From Candidatus Woesearchaeota archaeon (lineage in GTDB: Archaea; Nanobdellota; Nanobdellia; SCGC-AAA011-G17; JAFCDX01): DNA of 34,049 nt. The stretch covers positions 1 to 34,049 of the forward strand of contig JAGVZV010000029.1 of NCBI GenBank assembly GCA_018302265.1, in the 5' to 3' direction. Of this stretch, positions 1 to 8,561 are shown one piece after another. Every line of letters begins with the position of its first letter. The stretch's first letter is position 1. The position numbers were made by a program, and so were the translations under genes. The notes beneath the pieces are model-generated. The model searched no databases. It was not told the origin of the DNA and saw nothing but the letters and a program-made list of their open reading frames with translations.

Positions 1-167
1 CCTCTCTTTTACAAAATTTCATAATTAAATTAAAGAATCTATTATTTTTAAGCTTTTGGTATTATTAAAAATACCCTCTTTTTTACCAAGATTCATATAA
101 ACCTAAAGAATTTATTATTTTTAAGCTTTTGTATTATTAAAAATACCCTCTTTTTTCCAAATCTCAT
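1..167. repeat. Imperfect tandem repeat, ~72-74 bp unit, ~2.3 copies (promoter-like block plus start-codon segment on the minus strand)
   Basis: AAAGAAT(C/T)TATTATTTTTAAGCTTTTG(G)TATTATTAAAAATACCCTCTTTTTT occurs twice. CCTCT..TTT..CAA.AT.(T)CAT ends at 22, 96 and 167. Confidence 0.85.
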
Positions 168-614
168 TTATTTCACAACCTCTTTCCCTGTTCTGATTTT
201 TAGAACAAATGTTCTAATTTTTAGAACAAATTTCCCTGCCATATCAATTATTACTTCCTTTGCATTTTCTCTTGAAGCAGATTCTATCTCGCCATAAACA
301 AACTGATTCCTCGCTTTTCTAATATTATCAAAATAATCAACCAGTTCTATATCAAATCCTGTTTTTCTTAAAAACTCAAAAACATTTTTATGATGCTCCT
401 TTCCAATAGGTCTATATCCAAGATGAAACATAAAACTTCTGCTTGCTCTTAAAACCGCATTATAAGCTATAGAAACAGCCCAATTATAGTCTTCAGAACT
501 AAAATTATGCTCTGCTGATTTTATATCTTTTTCTGCAAGATCAGCATTGAACTCTTCTTTTTCAACTTCCTCTATTCTCTTGCTGTCTAATAATTCTTTG
601 AAATTCACTTTCAT
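168..614 (-). CDS. HEPN domain protein (MNT partner)
   Basis: AEKDIKSA..DYNWAVSIAYNA..H..RKARNQFVY pattern; overlaps the end of the upstream MNT gene. Confidence 0.85.
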   Translation of the reverse strand: MKVNFKELLDSKRIEEVEKEEFNADLAEKDIKSAEHNFSSEDYNWAVSIAYNAVLRASRSFMFHLGYRPIGKEHHKNVFEFLRKTGFDIELVDYFDNIRKARNQFVYGEIESASRENAKEVIIDMAGKFVLKIRTFVLKIRTGKEVVK

Positions 615-1143
615 CCCCTTTTATCATTATTTTGTTTTTTTTCATAATGTCTTTAATAAATGCTTTATTCTTATACCTTTTCAACTCATCTAGTGTCCAG
701 ACAATTGGGTTGATTTCCCTTATAATTAATTTTTCAATGGGTTTTAATAATTTAAATATTTCCCGCTGTTTAGTATTTCCTATAACAAGCAGATCGATAT
801 CACTATCTAAAGTATAATTTCCTTTTGCAAAGCTTCCAAATATCAAGATAAATTTAATATCTTGTTTTTTTAATGCTTTTTTTATTGGATAACTAATAAA
901 ATCTGTTTTTAAGAATATCCTTTTTAGGTCTTCAAGAAAGGGGTTTGATTCATTTAAAGAAAGTTTGTTCTTTTGCTTATTAATCAACCCTAAGTTAAGA
1001 AGATTATCAAGCTCCCTTTTAATAACGCTTGGGGATAACGCAAGGTCCTTGGCTATTTCTCTAAGGTAAGTTTCCTTTTTATGAAAAAATAAGTATTCTA
1101 ATATTCTTATCCTTGCTTTTGAAGTAAATAATTTTTCTAACAT
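562..1143 (-). CDS. wHTH-minimal nucleotidyltransferase (MNT) antitoxin
   Basis: N-terminal wHTH (YLREIAKDL..SPSVIKRELDNL) and an FGSFAKG..DSDIDLLVIG NTase motif. Confidence 0.9.
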   Translation of the reverse strand: MLEKLFTSKARIRILEYLFFHKKETYLREIAKDLALSPSVIKRELDNLLNLGLINKQKNKLSLNESNPFLEDLKRIFLKTDFISYPIKKALKKQDIKFILIFGSFAKGNYTLDSDIDLLVIGNTKQREIFKLLKPIEKLIIREINPIVWTLDELKRYKNKAFIKDIMKKNKIMIKGDESEFQRIIRQQENRGS

Positions 1144-1205
1144 TTTCCCTCTTTTTTTCCAAATCTCATATTATCTTAATGAATTTTCTCCTTTTTAAAC
1201 CTTTT

Positions 1206-2426
1206 TTATTTGTTGAGCAGCCATTTCCATAATGGAATAAAATATATTTCATTTTCTCTTTTTTCTATATTCTTTGTCAAAATAATTAGTTCTCCTGCTT
1301 TTGATTTAAATTCCTTCTTAAAATCTAATAATGCCTTTATCTCTCTTTCCTTAATTTCATCTGTATAAGAGACATTTATTGCGCTTAATGAATTATCCTT
1401 ATTTTTTATTATAAAATCCACTTCACTTGATTTTTTCCAATAATATATTGAACTCCTTTTTCTTTTCAGCTCAATAAAAACAAGATTTTCTATTAATTTT
1501 CCTTCATCCTTGGAAAATTTAAAGCTGACTGCATTTCTTAATCCATTATCTATGCAGTATATCTTTGAAGCATGCGTTTTTTGCTCCTTAAACGAATAAG
1601 AAAAATGATCTAATGTAAAAAATAAGAAAGCTTCTTTAAAATGAGAAAGGTAATCTTTTGTTGTATCATAAGATATTTTTAATGAGTTTCTTATATTTCT
1701 TAAAGATATCAAACCGGCTATATTTGTTATAAAAAATAGTGCAATATCCTTTGTTTTCTGGCTGTTTAAATTATACCTGTCAACTATATCTTTATACAAA
1801 ATATCATCGAAATACTGCTCAAGAAGCTTTATTTTATACTCTTTTTGCTTGAATACAACCTCTGGAAACCCTCCAAGCGTAAGATATTCCTGCAAATAGT
1901 TTAAAATAATAAATTTTGTTTTTTCAAGCATTATTCCCTTTTTTAGATTATCTTTATTTACTATTATATTATTAAATAATAAAAATTCTTCAAAACTTAA
2001 TGGAAATACTTCGAATGTTAAATTTCTTCCAGTTAATAATGTAGAATATTCTTTTTTTAAGAGATAAGAGCATGAACCAGAGATTATAAATTTTTCTTCA
2101 CTTTTTAAATCATATTTTTTTCTAATCCATGATTCCCAGCCTTCTTTTTTGTGTATTTCATCAATAAAAATATATGATTTTTTATCAGGATTTATACTTT
2201 CTTTATAGCTTGAATAGATTAATCCATTCTTTAACAGATTATCAATCATCTGGTACATTAAAGTGCTTTTGCCGGATCTTCTTACGCCTGTTATTATTGT
2301 TATCTCTTTTATATTAATAGAATTAACTAAATGTGCATAAGCAGGTCTGTTTCTCCCCCTTAATTCTTCAATAGGTTGTGGATTTTCCCACCAGGGATTC
2401 CATTCACTTAGTTTTTCTATTATCAT
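1206..2426 (-). CDS. AAA_14 ATPase with DUF4143/C-terminal PD-(D/E)xK-like domain; apparent short internal deletion
   Basis: Walker A GVRRSGKST, Walker B IFIDEIH, LTGR, GGFPE, KIYCIDNG, EVDF. Confidence 0.88.
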   Translation of the reverse strand: MIIEKLSEWNPWWENPQPIEELRGRNRPAYAHLVNSINIKEITIITGVRRSGKSTLMYQMIDNLLKNGLIYSSYKESINPDKKSYIFIDEIHKKEGWESWIRKKYDLKSEEKFIISGSCSYLLKKEYSTLLTGRNLTFEVFPLSFEEFLLFNNIIVNKDNLKKGIMLEKTKFIILNYLQEYLTLGGFPEVVFKQKEYKIKLLEQYFDDILYKDIVDRYNLNSQKTKDIALFFITNIAGLISLRNIRNSLKISYDTTKDYLSHFKEAFLFFTLDHFSYSFKEQKTHASKIYCIDNGLRNAVSFKFSKDEGKLIENLVFIELKRKRSSIYYWKKSSEVDFIIKNKDNSLSAINVSYTDEIKEREIKALLDFKKEFKSKAGELIILTKNIEKRENEIYFIPLWKWLLNK

Positions 2427-2478
2427 GTTACAATGAAGTGTAACATGTCATATATAAATGTTACGTTTTAATGTAACA
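2424..2478 (-). promoter_or_regulatory. TATA box flanked by two TGTTAC-N8-GTAACA palindromes (putative operators)
   Basis: Palindromes at 2426-2445 and 2459-2478 surround TATATAAA at 2451-2458. Confidence 0.7.
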
Positions 2479-2608
2479 ACTTTAAAATGATTAATTCAAG
2501 AACAGTTTAAATTAATAAATATCCAGTTATAATGCCAAATAGTTTGTAAATGTTTGAATTATAGTGCAAATTATTAAAAAATGAATTATAACTACAGACT
2601 TTTTAGTT

Positions 2609-2817
2609 ATCAAGATAATGAATTTTTAATTGAAGGGAAAAAAATAATATTTAAGCCTACTTGGAAATGGTTGCTGGAGAAATAAGATTCTGAAAATAAT
2701 AAAAGTTTAAACTTAACTATAGCCCACCGATGTCTTCTGCTATTTCCTGCAGTTTTTCTTTAAGCTCTACAACGGTCTTATCATCTATTTTTTTAGTGTT
2801 GTCTTCAAGCTCTTCAA
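2609..2817 (+). repeat. Diverged direct repeat of 4071-4279 (3' remnants of the ATPase gene and of the small convergent gene)
   Basis: Colinear at offset 1462. Encodes QDNEFLIEGKKIIFKPTWKWLLEK* on + and ELEDNTKK..LKEKLQEIAEDIGGL* on -. Confidence 0.9.
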
Positions 2818-2882
2818 CAACAGTATCTGTCTTCTATATAAACAATATTATTAACATTCTTTATACTGCCATTAGAAACATA

Positions 2883-2912
2883 TTTCTATTGACAATAGAA
2901 ACATTTATATAT
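2883..2912 (+). promoter_or_regulatory. Inverted repeat overlapping the BRE-TATA of the ATPase gene
   Basis: TTTCTATTG-A-CAATAGAAA (2883-2901), then CATTTATATA ~25 nt before ATG 2933. Confidence 0.6.
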
Positions 2913-2932
2913 TAGTTTATTATACCAATCTT

Positions 2933-4147
2933 ATGATAGCCAAAGAAACATTAAAAGAAATAATAATTTTACAGAGAGACTCTTTGGAAAAATTAGATAC
3001 AGGTATTCTGAGGGAGAAGGAAAAAGAAGTTAAAATATTGGATTCTTTTGCCCTTTTAATTACAGGAATAAGAAGATGCGGAAAAAGCACCTTTCTTCAC
3101 CAAATCTTAAAAAAACAAAAGAAATGGTACTATCTTAATCTTGAGGATCCCAGGCTGGAAGGATTTGAGCTTTCTGATTTTAATAAAACAGAATCAATAA
3201 TGAAAGAGGTGTATGGGGAAGAAGGAATATATTTTTTTGATGAAATTCAAAACATCGAAAAATGGGAAAAGTTTGTAAGATACCTAATTGATAAAAAAGA
3301 AAAAATCATTATCACGGGCTCTAATGCCTCCCTTCTAAGCCGGGAATTAGGCACAAAATTAACAGGCAGGCATTTGCAATTGGAATTATTCCCCTTCTCA
3401 TATTCAGAGTTTTTGAAGATAAAAAAAGAAAATCCCTCAATCAAATCTTTTGAAGAATATTTGGATAAGGGAGGTTTCCCCGAATATTTAAAAAAAGAAG
3501 ACCCCTCCATTAATAATGAACTGCTTTCTGATGTAGTTATGAAAGATGTTGCAGTGAGATTTGGAATTAAAAATACAAGCATGCTCAATAAAATTGCAGT
3601 TTATCTTATAAGCAATGTTGGAAAGGAATTTTCATATAATTCTATAAAAAAGATGTTTGAAATTAAATCTGTTCAAAGCGTTATTGATTATGTCTCTTAT
3701 TTTGAAAATGCTTATTTAATATTCACCGTCCCAAGATTCAGCTATTCTTACAGGCAACAACAAGTAAACCCAAAAAAAGTGTATTCCATTGACAACGGAT
3801 TTTCTCATGTTAATTCCACTTCTTTTTCAAAAGATAAGGGGAAAATGCTGGAAAATGCAGTATTCCTGGGTTTGAGGAGAAAATTTAAAGATATATTCTA
3901 TTTTCAAGAAAAGAATGAATGCGATTTTGTCATAAAGCAAAAAAATAAGATAATAATGGCTGTGCAATCATGCTTTGATTTTAATGAAGAAAATAAAAAC
4001 AGGGAAATCAAGGGGCTTTTGGAAGCCTTGAATGAATTTAATCTGAAAGAGGGGGTTATTTTGACATTTAATCAAGATGATGAATTTTTAATTGAAGGGA
4101 AAAAAATAATAGTTAAACCTGCTTGGAAGTGGTTGCTAGAAAAATAA
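2933..4147 (+). CDS. AAA_14 ATPase with DUF4143 domain
   Basis: GIRRCGKST, YLNLEDPRL, FFDEIQ, ITGSNASLLS, LTGR, GGFPE, KVYSIDNG, ECDF. Confidence 0.92.
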   Translation: MIAKETLKEIIILQRDSLEKLDTGILREKEKEVKILDSFALLITGIRRCGKSTFLHQILKKQKKWYYLNLEDPRLEGFELSDFNKTESIMKEVYGEEGIYFFDEIQNIEKWEKFVRYLIDKKEKIIITGSNASLLSRELGTKLTGRHLQLELFPFSYSEFLKIKKENPSIKSFEEYLDKGGFPEYLKKEDPSINNELLSDVVMKDVAVRFGIKNTSMLNKIAVYLISNVGKEFSYNSIKKMFEIKSVQSVIDYVSYFENAYLIFTVPRFSYSYRQQQVNPKKVYSIDNGFSHVNSTSFSKDKGKMLENAVFLGLRRKFKDIFYFQEKNECDFVIKQKNKIIMAVQSCFDFNEENKNREIKGLLEALNEFNLKEGVILTFNQDDEFLIEGKKIIVKPAWKWLLEK

Positions 4148-4178
4148 AATTCTAAAAGTAATAAAAGTTTGAAGTTAA

Positions 4179-4355
4179 CTATAGCTCGCCAATGTCTTCT
4201 GCTATTTCCTGCAGCTTCTCTTTAAGCTCTACAACAGTTTCATCAGCTATCTTCTTTGTATTGTCTTCAATCTCTTCAAGATTCCAGACTTCTATCCAGT
4301 TAATCAAGTCGCGGATCTTATTTTCAACTATTTTTACCTGCTTTGGGTCTGCCAT
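4179..4355 (-). CDS. Small acidic helical hypothetical protein (58 aa from MADPKQ)
   Basis: TATA-like AGATTTAAATAT ~25 nt upstream of ATG 4355. The paralogous remnant at ~2717-2817 largely preserves the amino acids. Confidence 0.6.
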   Translation of the reverse strand: MADPKQVKIVENKIRDLINWIEVWNLEEIEDNTKKIADETVVELKEKLQEIAEDIGEL

Positions 4356-4461
4356 TATAATAATAATAATACTCATTTTATATTTAAATCTTACTGTTGG
4401 CTGATCTATCATTCAATAATTAATACAAAGATTTAAAAGATTCTTTAACCAATAAAAACCA

Positions 4462-5247
4462 ATGAAATATAACCTAAAAATAGTGGCTTTGATGGTTGCT
4501 TTGTTCTTTATCGCCCAGCTTATTGGATTGTATGTTGTTAATCAATACACAGCAAAAGAGCTGCCATACAAAATAGAAAGGCCACAATTTGAAGAATCAA
4601 CGTCTTACATACCAATTACTTTTATGATTATAATTGCAACAGGCATTGCTTTGTTCATGATTAGATTCAAAACACAAAGACTGTGGAAGATATGGTTTTT
4701 TCTTGGAATAACCTTTGCTTTATTAATATCATTTGCCGCATTTATCCCGGATATGCTTGCTTTGTTATTGGCTGTTTTGATAGCTGCTATAAAAGTTTTC
4801 AGGCCAAATTATATTATTCACAATCTTGGGGAGATATTCATGTATGGCGGTCTTGCTGCAATATTTGTTCCTGTTCTTTCACTTAAATCCATATTTATCT
4901 TATTGGTCATAATTTCTGTTTATGATATGATAGCTGTATGGAAAACAAAGCACATGATAAAACTGGCAAAGTTCCAGTCTGACATCAAGGTTTTTGCAGG
5001 CTTATTAATACCTTATACTGATAAAAAAACAGCAATACTTGGGGGTGGGGATATAGGATTTCCCTTGTTGTTTGCTGGCACTGTCCTGAAAACGTATTCT
5101 ATTGTAAGTGCCCTAATAGTTGTTGTTTTTGCCAGCATAGCACTATTCATACTATTATACTATGCCAAGAAAAACAAGTTTTATCCGGCAATGCCCTTCT
5201 TGAGCATAGGATGTCTTATCGGATATTTGGTTAGTTTATTATTATAA
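4462..5247 (+). CDS. Presenilin/signal peptide peptidase-like intramembrane aspartyl protease (A22 family)
   Basis: Multi-TM protein with SVYDMIAVW (YD), LGGGD (GxGD) and PAMPF (PAL-like) motifs. Confidence 0.92.
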   Translation: MKYNLKIVALMVALFFIAQLIGLYVVNQYTAKELPYKIERPQFEESTSYIPITFMIIIATGIALFMIRFKTQRLWKIWFFLGITFALLISFAAFIPDMLALLLAVLIAAIKVFRPNYIIHNLGEIFMYGGLAAIFVPVLSLKSIFILLVIISVYDMIAVWKTKHMIKLAKFQSDIKVFAGLLIPYTDKKTAILGGGDIGFPLLFAGTVLKTYSIVSALIVVVFASIALFILLYYAKKNKFYPAMPFLSIGCLIGYLVSLLL

Positions 5248-5283
5248 GAAAGGTTTAAATTTGTTACACTCTAAGAAATATCA

Positions 5284-5709
5284 ATGAAATCCTATAATAA
5301 ACTGACTTGGGCTTTGGTTAACGGATTTGCTGGAAAGAAAGATGAACCCGGATTACTTCGCTTGATTTATAATACAAAAACAAAAGAGTTTTTTGCCGTG
5401 CCTTCCGATTATGAACATGTAGGTTTTATTAGAAGATTATTGGGGGTGACAGAAGACGAAATAAAAAATAGAGAAGTTGACAATTCTTATTTAATCCCTG
5501 TAACCTTAGATATAGATTTAGTTAATGGCTTAGTAAGGGGTTTTTTTATTGGTGTTAGTGGTTTGGCTAATTTGTTCAAGGCAGTGAGATACCGAGAAAA
5601 TGATCTAAAAGAAGCTGAACTTGCTACTATAAACTTTATTAAGGATGGAGAAATTATTCTAGATAAGAATTTTACTATTAAGGTAACAAAGAAATATGTA
5701 TATAGATAG
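5284..5709 (+). CDS. Hypothetical protein, paralog of 5981-6412
   Basis: BRE-TATA GAAAGGTTTAAAT at 5248-5260; shares KSYxKLTxALV, VPxxxEH, IGVSGL and GEI motifs with the paralog. Confidence 0.8.
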   Translation: MKSYNKLTWALVNGFAGKKDEPGLLRLIYNTKTKEFFAVPSDYEHVGFIRRLLGVTEDEIKNREVDNSYLIPVTLDIDLVNGLVRGFFIGVSGLANLFKAVRYRENDLKEAELATINFIKDGEIILDKNFTIKVTKKYVYR

Positions 5710-5745
5710 AAAGATATATAAACTGTGATATATATTTTAAAACAT

Positions 5746-5988
5746 ATGAAAAACCTTAGAGAAATAATTGATCAATTACCTGGCGGGACGATTAGATTTA
5801 ATGATATCTATGAACTATTAATAGTTGCCCAGCAGAATTTTGAAGACCCTTTTCATCCTATTGAAGAGGTTATGGCTCTTGCAAGAGACAGATCTGATCC
5901 TAAACGTTTACCCGCATATTTACATAACTTAAGATGTTCTATTATTCTTAACCCAAAGATTAAGAAATTACTTTCACTTTATGATTAA
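5746..5988 (+). CDS. Hypothetical protein (~80 aa)
   Basis: ORF with its own promoter GAAAGATATATAAAC (5709-5723); ATG 5746 fits leaderless spacing better than GTG 5725. Confidence 0.6.
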   Translation: MKNLREIIDQLPGGTIRFNDIYELLIVAQQNFEDPFHPIEEVMALARDRSDPKRLPAYLHNLRCSIILNPKIKKLLSLYD

Positions 5989-6412
5989 AATGGTAAAATC
6001 TTATCCTAAATTAACACAAGCTTTAGTAGCATCGCCCGTATACATAAATAGGAAAAAACCAGGCAGAATTAGTTTTATAGTTTATACCCCTCTTGGGGAT
6101 ATTTATCCTGTCCCAGTGAATGAAGAGCATATAGATTTTTTTAAAAGAATATTATTACCAAACATACCAAAAGAAAATTTTGGTATTTATGTGCCAGCCG
6201 ATATAGATTTGGAGTTGACAGGTTCAGGATTATATATTGTTAAAAATACGAGAATTGGTGTTAGTGGATTAGAGATAAGGCTTGGGATAAAACATAAAAA
6301 AGCAGATTTAGAATTGGCTGCTATAATATTAAAAGCTTTTGTTGAAAATGGTGAAATAAAAGTGCAGGGTGAATTAAAACAAGAAATGGTGTATAGACAC
6401 ACATGTGATTGA
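5981..6412 (+). CDS. Hypothetical protein, paralog of 5284-5709 (start may be ATG 5990)
   Basis: Full-length motif similarity to 5284-5709. Confidence 0.8.
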   Translation: MIKMVKSYPKLTQALVASPVYINRKKPGRISFIVYTPLGDIYPVPVNEEHIDFFKRILLPNIPKENFGIYVPADIDLELTGSGLYIVKNTRIGVSGLEIRLGIKHKKADLELAAIILKAFVENGEIKVQGELKQEMVYRHTCD

Positions 6413-6449
6413 TTAGAAAGCTTTTTATTTGTTATATGTACGTATTATT

Positions 6450-7643
6450 ATGGACATATCTGATTTAGTAAAACCAACCCAAAAGGAAGAGCAAAAGTCT
6501 AAAGAGATTGTTAGCAAATTTCTTGATCGGCTTAATAATAAATTAATCGCAGCAGAGGCAATTGTTGGCGGTTCTTTTGCAAAAGATACCTGGCTGAAAG
6601 GGGATCATGATATTGATATATATACAATATTCAGCAGGAGATATGATCCAGCTAAAATATCCGAGATACTTGAAAAATTACTGAGAAAAGAATTTTTGTT
6701 CATAAAAAAGATCAATGGCTCAAGAGATTATTTTCAGATCAAATTCAGAGGTTACTTATTTGAGGTCATTCCGGTCTTGAAAATAGACAACCCTAACGAG
6801 GCAGAGAATATCATGGACATATCTCAAATGCATGTCTCATGGGTGAAAGAAAATATCAACGGGTTAAACAGTGATGTAAGAAAATTAAAATTATTCATGA
6901 AGGCAAACAACTGCTACGGCGCTGAGTCATACATCAGGGGATTTTCTGGATATGTATCAGAAATCTTAGTTATATATTACGGTTCTTTTGGTAATGTACT
7001 GAAAAATGCCATCCTTTGGAGGGAATTCGAGATTGTTGATACAAAAAATAGAAAAATATTAATTAAAAATATGGACAAATCAAAGATAAGCCCATTGATA
7101 GTAATAGATCCTGTGCAGAAAGAGAGAAACGCTGCAGCTGCGCTGTCAAAAGAAAAATTTGATTTATTCATAAAGAAAGCTAGAGAATACATAAAAAAAC
7201 CATCCATCAAGTTTTTTAGCCGTACATTTGTTGTGCCTGAAGATGCAACAGTGCTGAAAGTAAAACCTCTTGTTGGGAGAACAGATGTAATAGGAGCTAA
7301 ATTACTGAAGGCATACGAATACATCAGAGACAAACTGGATGAGGAGTTTGGCATATCTGACAGTTCATGGAACTGGGATGGAAAAGCAGTATTCTGGTAT
7401 ACCACAAAAACAAAAGAGCTGGCGGAATACACAAAACACTATGGCCCTCCAGTAGAGGATGAAACCAATCTCGAAAAGTTTAAGGAAAAATGGGAAGGCT
7501 ATAAATTATTCATGGAAAATGACAAAGTCTACATTAACATCAAGAGAAAACACACAAAATTAAAGCCATACTTGAATTATTTAGTAAAGAATGATGATTT
7601 GAAAGATAAAATTAAATCAATAAAAATCGTCAGAATAAAATAG
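6450..7643 (+). CDS. cca: Archaeal (class I) CCA-adding enzyme
   Basis: GGSFAKDTWLKGDHDIDI, CYGAESYIRGFSGY, PLIVIDPV..RNAAAALS, H.GPP motifs; ATG 6450 preferred over TTG 6429. Confidence 0.95.
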   Translation: MDISDLVKPTQKEEQKSKEIVSKFLDRLNNKLIAAEAIVGGSFAKDTWLKGDHDIDIYTIFSRRYDPAKISEILEKLLRKEFLFIKKINGSRDYFQIKFRGYLFEVIPVLKIDNPNEAENIMDISQMHVSWVKENINGLNSDVRKLKLFMKANNCYGAESYIRGFSGYVSEILVIYYGSFGNVLKNAILWREFEIVDTKNRKILIKNMDKSKISPLIVIDPVQKERNAAAALSKEKFDLFIKKAREYIKKPSIKFFSRTFVVPEDATVLKVKPLVGRTDVIGAKLLKAYEYIRDKLDEEFGISDSSWNWDGKAVFWYTTKTKELAEYTKHYGPPVEDETNLEKFKEKWEGYKLFMENDKVYINIKRKHTKLKPYLNYLVKNDDLKDKIKSIKIVRIK

Positions 7644-7656
7644 AAAAGCTTATACA

Positions 7657-7698
7657 TTAATTATATTTTAATTATATTTTAATTATATTTTAATTATA
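7657..7698. repeat. 11-bp tandem repeat TTAATTATATT x3.8
   Basis: Exact units at 7657, 7668 and 7679; partial unit at 7690. Confidence 0.85.
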
Positions 7699-7709
7699 GG
7701 TGATATACA

Positions 7710-7889
7710 ATGAGTACAAAAACACAAATTGGCAATATATTTCATAACGCAGAGAAAAAGAACCAATATGACAAATTTATTCATGCAATCCAGCAACCAA
7801 AAATGAAAGAGTTGTGGGATAATAAAGAGGGTGAGGCTTGGAATAATTATTTAAAACAAAAATTAACAACAGAAAGCTTTATAAAGTAA
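7710..7889 (+). CDS. Small antitoxin-like protein (59 aa), not in the ORF track
   Basis: GGTGA Shine-Dalgarno at 7699-7703. MSTKTQIG...[18 protein letters not shown] matches the C-terminus of the adjacent antitoxin ([18 protein letters not shown]). Confidence 0.6.
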   Translation: MSTKTQIGNIFHNAEKKNQYDKFIHAIQQPKMKELWDNKEGEAWNNYLKQKLTTESFIK

Positions 7890-7904
7890 GAAAATTCTTA
7901 CTTT
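7872..7904 (+). promoter_or_regulatory. BRE-TATA plus perfect 10-bp inverted repeat (TA operator)
   Basis: GAAAGCTTTATAAA, then AAAGTAAGAA-AA-TTCTTACTTT (7883-7904) directly before ATG 7907. Confidence 0.75.
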
Positions 7905-7906
7905 CT

Positions 7907-8167
7907 ATGATAATCAAAACAATAAAGGTTTCTGATAAGGGCCAGATAGCAATACCACAAATTATTAGGGAACAAGCTGGAATAAACAAAGGGGATAGCA
8001 TTATATTAATTCAGGAGGATAGTAAAATTATGATAGAAAAAACCAATAAATTCGCTAATTTAATAAAAGAAGATTTTAAGGATATACAAAAGTTCAGTGA
8101 GAATTCTCTAAAAGAGGTTTGGGATAATAAAGAGGATGATATCTGGAATAACTATCTAAAAAAATGA
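7907..8167 (+). CDS. AbrB/MazE/SpoVT family antitoxin
   Basis: [24 protein letters not shown] swapped-hairpin motif; ATGA overlap with the toxin gene. Confidence 0.9.
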   Translation: MIIKTIKVSDKGQIAIPQIIREQAGINKGDSIILIQEDSKIMIEKTNKFANLIKEDFKDIQKFSENSLKEVWDNKEDDIWNNYLKK

Positions 8168-8505
8168 ATATCAAGCAAAAAGAGATTGTATTACTGCCGT
8201 ATCCATTTAGTAATCTTGAAGAAACAAAAGTAAGACCGGCAGTTGTTATATCTAATAATTTTTTTAATGACAATTCAAATGATTTTGTTGCAATTCCAAT
8301 AACAAGTATAGCAAAAGAAGACCCATATTCTGTAATGTTGGGCCAGAATGATTTAGATTTTGGTAAATTACTGAAAGAAAGCAGAATTAGAGTTGATAAA
8401 ATTTTTACAGTTGAGAAAAATCTGATTATTATGAAAATTGGCGCAATAAATAACAAGACATTTGAGAATATTAAATCAAAAATTAAGGAAATACTTTCAT
8501 TATAA
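8164..8505 (+). CDS. mazF: PemK/MazF family toxin (endoribonuclease)
   Basis: [35 protein letters not shown]. Confidence 0.9.
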   Translation: MNIKQKEIVLLPYPFSNLEETKVRPAVVISNNFFNDNSNDFVAIPITSIAKEDPYSVMLGQNDLDFGKLLKESRIRVDKIFTVEKNLIIMKIGAINNKTFENIKSKIKEILSL

Positions 8506-8561
8506 AATAAACAGAAAGATTTATAAACAATTAAAATACACAATAATTAACTGATTCTAAA

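Noticed and set aside
1-167. Possible CRISPR array
   Set aside because: The whole unit is repeated with no unique spacers, there are fewer than three full copies, and no cas genes are present.
2730-2915. ORFs 2730-2915 and 4192-4404 that look like a paralog pair
   Set aside because: Both are antisense shadows of the small minus-strand gene and its duplicated remnant.
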